From an uncultured Verrucomicrobiae bacterium (GTDB lineage: Bacteria > Verrucomicrobiota > Verrucomicrobiia > Chthoniobacterales > JAFAMB01): a stretch of 64,000 nt of DNA. This document shows, one piece after another, positions 57,339 to 64,000 of the stretch (positions are counted from its first letter, which is position 1; each line of letters starts with the position of its first letter). Under the pieces are notes generated by a model. The model did no database searches. It saw only the letters and a program-made list of their open reading frames with translations, and was not told where the DNA came from. The position numbers and the translations under genes are program-made. The stretch is taken from the NCBI GenBank assembly GCA_963837955.1, contig CAWIPH010000002.1:1344001-1408000 (forward strand), in the 5' to 3' direction.

Positions 57339-58298
57339 TTGATGGTCAACCCCCAGTCGGCTGTGGACGCAGATCGCGAATTTCAAACCCTGTATCGCAC
57401 GTTGCGTTCGCTCCGCTGCCGTCCGGAAGAGCCGAGGCCTTATCCGGCTCACGTCATTAGTGGGCTGGAGACGCAAACCGACCCCACTATTTACGCGTGG
57501 CACGGTCGCAAACGTCTCGGTGATGCGAAGAACCCTTTCCTGGTGTGGCAATATACGCTGGCCGGCTCCGGCGCTTTCCAGTCCGGTGCGACCAAAGAGT
57601 TAGCGCTGACCTCCCCAGGCTACGCTTTCACAACTCTCGTCCCGAGTGACGACTTTTATTTTCTACCATCAGAATCTAGGAGTTGGACCTTCTTTTGGTT
57701 GATCATTGATCACCCTTACATCGTTCGGCGAGTCAGGGACCGGATTCGTCTGACCGGCCCAATCTGGCAGGTGCCGCCCCGAAGCCCTCTGGTTGAACGT
57801 GCGCTCAATCTGTTCGACCTGGTTCGGGCGGCGTCGTTGCCAGACGAGTTCGCCGAAGAGGCGGATCTTTTTGGCTTCTTGACTGAGTTCGAACGCTTGG
57901 GCCATCAAATCCTTTATCCGCCATTACCGCGGGAACGAGTTTTGAACGAAGTCCGCGCCGAAATCATTGGCCGCCTGCCGTCTGGAGTGCCGAGCGTTAG
58001 CGAGCTAGCCGAGGAACGTGGGATGAGTCGTACGGGTTTCACCCATTATTTTCGGAGGACGACGGGCCTCAGCCCGGCCCGCTTTATCAATCAGGTCCGC
58101 TTGGAGGAGGTAACTAAATTATTGGTTTCTTCTTCTCTGAAGTTGTCTGCCATCGCCGAACAGACTGGATTTGCCGATGCCACCCACCTCGGGAAGGTGT
58201 TTCGACGTCATTATTACCTCACTCCAGACAAATACCGGCACGTGATGGGAACCGAGCTATCCGATCATTTGAAGGACGGCCTGTCGGCGGCGAGTTGA
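57339..58298 (+). CDS. AraC-family transcriptional regulator
   Basis: N-terminal cupin-like WQYTLAGSG; C-terminal double HTH (ELAEERGMSR..F...FRRTTGLSP; IAEQTGFAD..HL.KVFRR). Confidence 0.88.
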   Translation: MMVNPQSAVDADREFQTLYRTLRSLRCRPEEPRPYPAHVISGLETQTDPTIYAWHGRKRLGDAKNPFLVWQYTLAGSGAFQSGATKELALTSPGYAFTTLVPSDDFYFLPSESRSWTFFWLIIDHPYIVRRVRDRIRLTGPIWQVPPRSPLVERALNLFDLVRAASLPDEFAEEADLFGFLTEFERLGHQILYPPLPRERVLNEVRAEIIGRLPSGVPSVSELAEERGMSRTGFTHYFRRTTGLSPARFINQVRLEEVTKLLVSSSLKLSAIAEQTGFADATHLGKVFRRHYYLTPDKYRHVMGTELSDHLKDGLSAAS

Positions 58299-58435
58299 AT
58301 TTCGCCGCCGCTCCGTCCCGTCTTGGGCTATAAAAATGCGGCTTTCCTTTACGAGATGGCTTGCTTCCTTGCTCGGAAAGCGGAAAAGTGTTTCTCAATA
58401 CAAGCAGACTTGGTAGTATTTTAACGGATTAAGCT

Positions 58436-59371
58436 ATGAGCGTTGAGGCCGTTGAAGCCGAAAAGGCCCTGCACCCCCCAGTAACCCCTCCAGGCAGCGC
58501 AGGACGATCGGGCCGACTTAAAGGTTGGCTGATGGCGCCTGCCGTCATTTCGCTTTTTCTCTGGATGATTGTTCCGCTGGGGATGACGATTTACTTCTCG
58601 TTCATCCGCTACAGCCTGCTCAATCCGACTAATACCGGGTTTGCTTTTTTCGAGAACTACCAGTTCCTGGCTGGTGATCCCTCGTTTTGGCCGGCCATTA
58701 TCAATACGCTGCTTTTCATCGGGTCGATTCTGGTGATAACGGTCGTGTTTGGCGTCCTGTTTGCGGTGCTTTATGATCAGGAATTCTTCGGCAAGAACGT
58801 CGCGATGCTTTTGGTGATCGCCCCCTTTTTCGTCATGCCAACTGTCAGCGCTCTGGTCTGGAAGAACATGATCATGCACCCAGTCTATGGACTGCTCAGC
58901 TTGGCTTGTCAGAAGCTGGGACTCCCCGTGATTGATTGGTTTGCCCAGTATCCGCTCTTTTCTGTCATCACCATTGTCTCCTGGGAATGGATCCCTTTTT
59001 CATTTCTGATCTTAGTCACCGCCATCAAATCCCTCGATCGTGAGCAGCGCGAAGCCGCCGCAATCGACGGAGCCGGACCAATCGCCCAATTTTTTTACAT
59101 CGTCTTGCCGCACCTCGGTCGAGCAATCGCGGTCGTAGTCATGATTGAGACCATTTTCCTGCTTTCGGTTTTTGCCGAAATTTATACCACCACCGGCGGC
59201 GGACCAGGCAACGCCACCACGACACTAGCTTATCTGGTTTACGCGCTCGGCCTGCAGCAATTCGACGCCGGCGTCGCCTCGGCCGGCGGAATTCTGGCGG
59301 TCATTCTCGCGAATATCGTGTCAATTTTCCTTGTCCGGATGCTTGCTCGTAACCTGCAGACCGCTAACTAA
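58436..59371 (+). CDS. Polyol/sugar ABC transporter permease (SmoF-like)
   Basis: LWMIVPLGMTIYFS, IAPFFVMPTVSALVWKN, EAAAIDGA. Confidence 0.88.
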   Translation: MSVEAVEAEKALHPPVTPPGSAGRSGRLKGWLMAPAVISLFLWMIVPLGMTIYFSFIRYSLLNPTNTGFAFFENYQFLAGDPSFWPAIINTLLFIGSILVITVVFGVLFAVLYDQEFFGKNVAMLLVIAPFFVMPTVSALVWKNMIMHPVYGLLSLACQKLGLPVIDWFAQYPLFSVITIVSWEWIPFSFLILVTAIKSLDREQREAAAIDGAGPIAQFFYIVLPHLGRAIAVVVMIETIFLLSVFAEIYTTTGGGPGNATTTLAYLVYALGLQQFDAGVASAGGILAVILANIVSIFLVRMLARNLQTAN

Positions 59372-59386
59372 ACGCTGGCCAATACG

Positions 59387-60202
59387 ATGACAAAAGAGCT
59401 GACGACAAAGGTGTTAACCACCGTACTAGGGTGGCTGGTCGCGATCCTTTTTTTCTTCCCAATATTTTGGATGGCGATCACGGCGTTTAAGACTGAGAAA
59501 GGCGCCTACTCGCCGGACCTGATCTTTTGGCCGACGCTCGAATCCTTCGCCGACGTATTTGCCCGCAGCAATTATTTTCAGTATGCCCAGAATTCCATCC
59601 TGATTTCTTTTGGATCGACATTTTTTTGTTTCCTCTTAGCGATTCCGGCGGCCTACAAGATAGCCTTCTTCCCGACGAAAAGGACCCAGTCGACCCTGCT
59701 TTGGATGCTCTCCACCAAAATGATGCCGTCGGTGGGCGTACTCATTCCGATCTACATCCTTTGGCAGCACTTTGGGTTGCTGGACACGATTCCCGGACTC
59801 ATCATCATTTTCACGTTGATGAATCTGCCGATCGCCGTTTGGATGAGTTACACCTATTTTTGTGAGGTGCCGAAAGGCATACTGGAAGCGGCTCGCATCG
59901 ATGGTGCGGATGTCTGGAAAGAGCTTTGGTATTTGTTACGGCCAATGACGATGCCAGGCCTGGCGTCGACCGCGCTGCTTCTCATTATCTTTGCTTGGAA
60001 CGAGGCCTTTTGGAGCATCAATCTTTCCAATGCGAACGCGCAGCCGCTGACCATGTTCATAGCATCCTACTCGAGTCCAGAAGGACTCTTTTGGGCCAAG
60101 CTATCGGCGGCCTCGTTTCTCGCCGTCGCTCCGATCATGGTGCTCGGGTGGCTAACGCAAAAACAGCTCGTGCGTGGTCTCACCTTTGGCGCGGTGAAAT
60201 AG
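59387..60202 (+). CDS. Polyol/sugar ABC transporter permease (SmoG-like)
   Basis: LWMLSTKMMP, EAARIDGA, SSPEGLFWAKLSAAS, QKQLVRGLTFGAVK. Confidence 0.88.
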   Translation: MTKELTTKVLTTVLGWLVAILFFFPIFWMAITAFKTEKGAYSPDLIFWPTLESFADVFARSNYFQYAQNSILISFGSTFFCFLLAIPAAYKIAFFPTKRTQSTLLWMLSTKMMPSVGVLIPIYILWQHFGLLDTIPGLIIIFTLMNLPIAVWMSYTYFCEVPKGILEAARIDGADVWKELWYLLRPMTMPGLASTALLLIIFAWNEAFWSINLSNANAQPLTMFIASYSSPEGLFWAKLSAASFLAVAPIMVLGWLTQKQLVRGLTFGAVK

Positions 60203-60375
60203 TAGCCCGACGCTCCAGCCGTAGCCTGATGCTCCAGCCTCAGGAACGAGCGCGTTCAAAAAACGCCAGATAAACGGGCCGTACAGGCACGTTGCGTCCT
60301 GCGTTCCAGAGGCTGGCTTGCCCGCCGAAGTTATGGGTGGTTGTGGGACGAAGGCTGGAGCATCAGCTTACTCTC

Positions 60376-60654
60376 TCAATAGTAGTGCCACCGCCCGTAG
60401 CGATAATAGCGATATCGATACCTACCACCATGATAATGGTAGTAGCCATGGTACCGGTACGGATACCGATAATAAGGGTGACCGCCGACATTGATTCGGA
60501 CGTATGTGGCGGCCTGTAGATCGGCGCTGCCAAGAAATCCGAGAGAGAACAGAGCCATCGCAACTATGGGTGCGAATTTCGCTGCCCGACATTGAAGGCG
60601 CGCAGCTAAAGATTGCTCCGCAGGGCTTACGACTTGGATGTCATTGTCGTTCAT
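60376..60654 (-). CDS. Small secreted Tyr/Arg/His/Gly-rich protein
   Basis: Hydrophobic signal-like segment ending LQA, then HPYYRYPYRYHGYYHYHGGRYRYRYYRYGRWHYY. The true start is uncertain. Confidence 0.6.
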   Translation of the reverse strand: MNDNDIQVVSPAEQSLAARLQCRAAKFAPIVAMALFSLGFLGSADLQAATYVRINVGGHPYYRYPYRYHGYYHYHGGRYRYRYYRYGRWHYY

Positions 60655-60770
60655 CTGCTTCAGTGAGGTTCTGGGGACCCCATTCGAATACCAAAAGGAA
60701 ACGGGGAGTACAAGGAGTTCGGCAGATTGTGCCGCTGTACGCCGTTCTTTGGTGTTCGAGATGCGTGGAG

Positions 60771-60812
60771 GTGATCGGTAATCAGTAATCAGTAATCAGT
60801 AATCAGTAATCA
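60771..60812. repeat. Heptamer short tandem repeat (GTAATCA)5
   Basis: Five exact copies at 60778-60812 plus one degenerate copy. Confidence 0.85.
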
Positions 60813-61074
60813 GAGAGCAGGGAGGAGAAATCCCCCGTTGGTGCTCGCCAGCTGGATAGAGCGCCGATCTGTCCCGCCGGCACTCTGTTATCGTGAACAG
60901 TGTTCAATCGGCAATTTGAACACCGGTGCGCTGGCGTAGAGTGACGCGTTGATCGATTGTTGGGGTGCCGCGGATCTAATGGGCAATGCGCGCCCCATCC
61001 TAAAGAACTGAAAAGTGCGTCCGTAATAACCTATTATATTAGATACCCTGCGCCGGGACGCCGGCGCGCTGAAC

Positions 61075-61986
61075 ATGCAAAAACCTGCCAAGCCGACGGT
61101 GGTCATCGTCGGAGGATACAATGCTGACCTCGTAATCTCCTGCGAAACGCTGCCGGTAGAGGGAAAGAGCATGGTCGGCGGGCCGTTACAGATCTTTGGA
61201 GGCGGACGCGGCGCCAATTGCGCGGTGGCTGCGGCCCGAGCGGGAGCCAGGGTTGCCTTTGTTGGAGCCCATGGCCGGGACGCTTTTGGTGGGATGGCGC
61301 AAGGTCAGCTCAATAATGAAGGGATCGACATAACCAATTTTCGAGAGCTGCCTTTTGTCAGCACGGGGGCGTCCTTGAGCATGGTGGACATATCCACGGG
61401 CCGGAATTTCCTGGTTTGCGCGGAGTCCGCCAATAACCATCTGACACCGGAAATGGTTCGATCGACGCGGAGACTCCTGCACACGGCCGATCTGGTTATC
61501 TCTGAGCTTGAGATACCTCCGGAGACAGCCTGGGAGGCGAAGAAGATCTGCGAGGAACGCGATATCCCCTTTCTACTCGATATTTCGCCGATCAATCGAA
61601 TCACTCAAGTTCCGAAGAACAATATGCTAGCGATTGTGGCGGAGTCTTCGGACGAAGTCATGAGCATCACCGGTACGTCTAACGTTTCGGATGCCATTGT
61701 AGCTCTCCATCGGACGGGGGCCCGAAATGTGGTGCTCGTTGATCACAGCCGGGAAATTACCTATTCCGACGGGCAAACCGTCGGAACCGTCTCGGTGCCG
61801 GTTAAGCGCATCCTGGATCGCTGTGGAGCGACCGAGTGTCTGGAAACCTGGATCGGTCTGGCCCTGATTCGGAATGTTTCATTGTCCGAAGCCTGCCGCG
61901 AAGCGTCATTCGCGATGGCCCATAGCCTTACTCATATGGGAGGCCACAAAGGAATGCCGTATCGGTCCGAGGTATTGACGGTCTGA
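61075..61986 (+). CDS. Ribokinase/PfkB-family protein with a degenerate catalytic motif
   Basis: VGGYNADL, GGRGANCAVAAARAG, GRDAFG; DRCGATE in place of DTxGAGD. Confidence 0.8.
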   Translation: MQKPAKPTVVIVGGYNADLVISCETLPVEGKSMVGGPLQIFGGGRGANCAVAAARAGARVAFVGAHGRDAFGGMAQGQLNNEGIDITNFRELPFVSTGASLSMVDISTGRNFLVCAESANNHLTPEMVRSTRRLLHTADLVISELEIPPETAWEAKKICEERDIPFLLDISPINRITQVPKNNMLAIVAESSDEVMSITGTSNVSDAIVALHRTGARNVVLVDHSREITYSDGQTVGTVSVPVKRILDRCGATECLETWIGLALIRNVSLSEACREASFAMAHSLTHMGGHKGMPYRSEVLTV

Positions 61987-62078
61987 GAGGAGCTCCGATC
62001 TTTCAACTTGCGGCGGTAGCAGCGTTCCAAGATGAGGAAGAAGAGGACTGAGGCCCAACCGCTCTTGTATTCCGTCTC

Positions 62079-62960
62079 CTATTTGCTCGCTCCTGCCGTT
62101 AGCCCGCCGCGCCAATATTTTCCGAGGAGAACGAACGCCATGAGTAGTGGCAAGACGCTGATGAGCGAGCCGAGAGCAATCAGGTGATAGGACGGTTTTC
62201 CGCCGCCCGCGGCGTTACTGACGCTGTTCCACACGTTTAGTCCGAGGGTTAAGGGATAAAGTTCGTCCTGGCTGAGGACGATCAGTGGGAGGAAGAAGTT
62301 GTTCCACGCGCCGACGAAACTGAGAAGCGCAACCGTCACCAGGCCGCTCTGCATTAACGGCATCCCCAGACGCCAAAAGATAAGCAATTCCCCGGCGCCG
62401 TCCAAGCGCGCCGCTTCAATCAGTTCGTTCGGAAAAGAGGCGTTCCAGAAAATGCGCATCAGATAGAGACCGAACGGATTCACCAAGCTCGGCAGGATGA
62501 CACCCCAGATAGTGTTCACTAACCCCAGCCGATAGAGCATGAGGAACAGCGGTAGAACCAGAGCTGTCGAAGGCACCATGATGGCGCCAAGAATGAAGTT
62601 AAAAAGAAATTGTTTTCCGGGAAAATCGTATTTGGCGAAAGCGTACCCGCCAAACGCGCAGATCAGCGTACTGCCCAACGAAATCGATCCGGCGTAAAGC
62701 AGCGAATTGCCAAACCACCGGACAAAAATTCCGTCCCGATAAGCGAAAAGGTCAGCGATGTTCTCAAAAAAGTGAGGTGGACTAGCAAACCACAAGCCGA
62801 ACGTGGTGAAAATCTGGCTGCTATCTTTGGTCACGGCAGCCAGGATCCAAGTCGCCGGTAGGATGCAATAAACCAGGAAGATCGCGAGAACCATGTAACG
62901 GAGAGCCCCCGGGAGGCGGGCTGCGGATCCAGCAGTCGAGGAAGTTTGCTTGGGCGCCAT
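62079..62960 (-). CDS. Carbohydrate ABC transporter permease
   Basis: GYAFAKYDFPG, ELIEAARLDGA, WNNFFLPL. Confidence 0.9.
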   Translation of the reverse strand: MAPKQTSSTAGSAARLPGALRYMVLAIFLVYCILPATWILAAVTKDSSQIFTTFGLWFASPPHFFENIADLFAYRDGIFVRWFGNSLLYAGSISLGSTLICAFGGYAFAKYDFPGKQFLFNFILGAIMVPSTALVLPLFLMLYRLGLVNTIWGVILPSLVNPFGLYLMRIFWNASFPNELIEAARLDGAGELLIFWRLGMPLMQSGLVTVALLSFVGAWNNFFLPLIVLSQDELYPLTLGLNVWNSVSNAAGGGKPSYHLIALGSLISVLPLLMAFVLLGKYWRGGLTAGASK

Positions 62961-62975
62961 GACCGTCCTGGATGG

Positions 62976-63839
62976 TTATCGGGAACTGATCCGACGAAGA
63001 AAAGCTCCGCTGATCGCGAAGATCACAATTGCCAACAAGATTGCTAACGCGCCGGCATACGAGTAGTTCGCGTCGCGAGCGGCGGTGAGATACAGATAAA
63101 GATTGGGCGTAATATTGTCGGCGACGTAACCAAGCGGACGCGTTACGAAAGCTTCGGTAAAGAGCTGAGATGTACCGATGACCGAAAAGATGAGGCAGAG
63201 TTGCAGCGTCGGAATCACTAGAGGGATCTTAATGTAGCGAACGATGTTCCAGCCCGTCGCTCCATCCACTCGGGCAGCTTCAAAGATGTCTTTTGGTATG
63301 TTCTGCAGGGCCGCGAAAAGGGTGATCATGTTGTAACCCGTCCACGCCCAGGTCACGATGTTCCCAATCGAGAAGAGGATGAGCGCTGGTGACAGAAAAT
63401 CGATCGTTCCTAAATGCAGCCCGCTCAGGATCTGATTAAACGGGGACAGATGGCGGGCGTACATATAGCCCCAAATCAATCCTCCGATCGCGGTCGGAAT
63501 CGTGTACGGCAGGAAATACACAGTACGACACACCCGAGTGAAGAGGCCGCGCGATTGGTCAAGGAGGAGTGCCAGCAGAATCGCGAGCCCGAGCATCACC
63601 GGAACCTGAACAATCCCAAATAAGAAGATATTCTTCAACCCGTTCAGAAAATCTGCATCTTGAACAGCTCGGACATAATTTTCGAGACCTCCGAAAACTT
63701 CTTTGGGCGGACCGATGCCGATCCGTTTCTTAATGAAGAGGCTTAGGTAGATCGCATAAAATATGGGAGCGAGGTAGAACGCAGCGAACACCGTCAGGAA
63801 TGGTGCTAAGAAGAGTAGAGCAGTCCTGTGGTAACGCAT
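62976..63839 (-). CDS. Carbohydrate ABC transporter permease
   Basis: [26 protein letters not shown] at 63839. Confidence 0.9.
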   Translation of the reverse strand: MRYHRTALLFLAPFLTVFAAFYLAPIFYAIYLSLFIKKRIGIGPPKEVFGGLENYVRAVQDADFLNGLKNIFLFGIVQVPVMLGLAILLALLLDQSRGLFTRVCRTVYFLPYTIPTAIGGLIWGYMYARHLSPFNQILSGLHLGTIDFLSPALILFSIGNIVTWAWTGYNMITLFAALQNIPKDIFEAARVDGATGWNIVRYIKIPLVIPTLQLCLIFSVIGTSQLFTEAFVTRPLGYVADNITPNLYLYLTAARDANYSYAGALAILLAIVIFAISGAFLRRISSR

Positions 63840-63847
63840 TAGGAGAA

Positions 63848-64000
63848 TCTCACGCAAAGGCAAAGCCGCAAAGAAAGACCGGATAGGAGAGAATAGAATG
63901 TCGGCATGGTTTTCTGTCCGCCGGTCAAGCTTTTGATGACTTAATAGTTATTCCCACCTTCCTCGCCGTTCTCTTTGCGCCTTTGCGTCTTTGCGTGAGA
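63848..64000. repeat. Intergenic inverted-repeat element with (CGCAAAG) units
   Basis: TCTCACGCAAAGGCAAAGCCGCAAAG ... CTTTGCGCCTTTGCGTCTTTGCGTGAGA. Confidence 0.7.

Noticed and set aside
60843..60880. tRNA-Arg-like D-arm CAGCTGGATAGAGCG
   Set aside because: No acceptor stem, anticodon arm or T-loop follows.

Overview
Ordinary-GC bacterial chromosomal window with no rRNA, tRNA, CRISPR array or transposase that I can support. Gene content and repeat types suggest a soil Verrucomicrobia (Chthoniobacterales-like) genome; this is an inference. Left to right: partial glutathionyl-hydroquinone reductase; ECF sigma factor followed by two paralogous Ser/Thr kinases with different C-terminal domains; MFS transporter; glcDEF plus glycolate/lactate permease; a PaoABC-type molybdo-aldehyde oxidoreductase operon with xdhC and a frameshifted mocA; OpgC, GATase, SGNH and DUF937 genes. 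An unusual 28-36.5 kb accessory block follows: a secreted protein built of 17 tandem FG[AG]PTHP units plus 3 dispersed MLPLGxE[TS]GRHIR cores, a secreted NTF2/SnoaL protein, a membrane-anchored DUF4062/STAND/TPR (NLR-like) protein, and a tandemly duplicated cassette of two tiny exported peptides. After it come two phosphoesterases, a CusRS-like two-component system, a GH4/sugar ABC/mannitol dehydrogenase operon, a FixJ-like two-component region carrying four copies of a 19-bp operator-like motif, an AraC regulator, more sugar permeases and a degenerate PfkB kinase. Many REP/MITE-like inverted repeats are present, as are two cases of a duplicated 'upstream region + gene-start stub'. The best candidates for undescribed biology are the repeat-peptide precursor with its neighbouring STAND-TPR receptor and the GACCAAGGTCCAAT regulon. 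All family assignments are from motif recognition by eye, not database searches.
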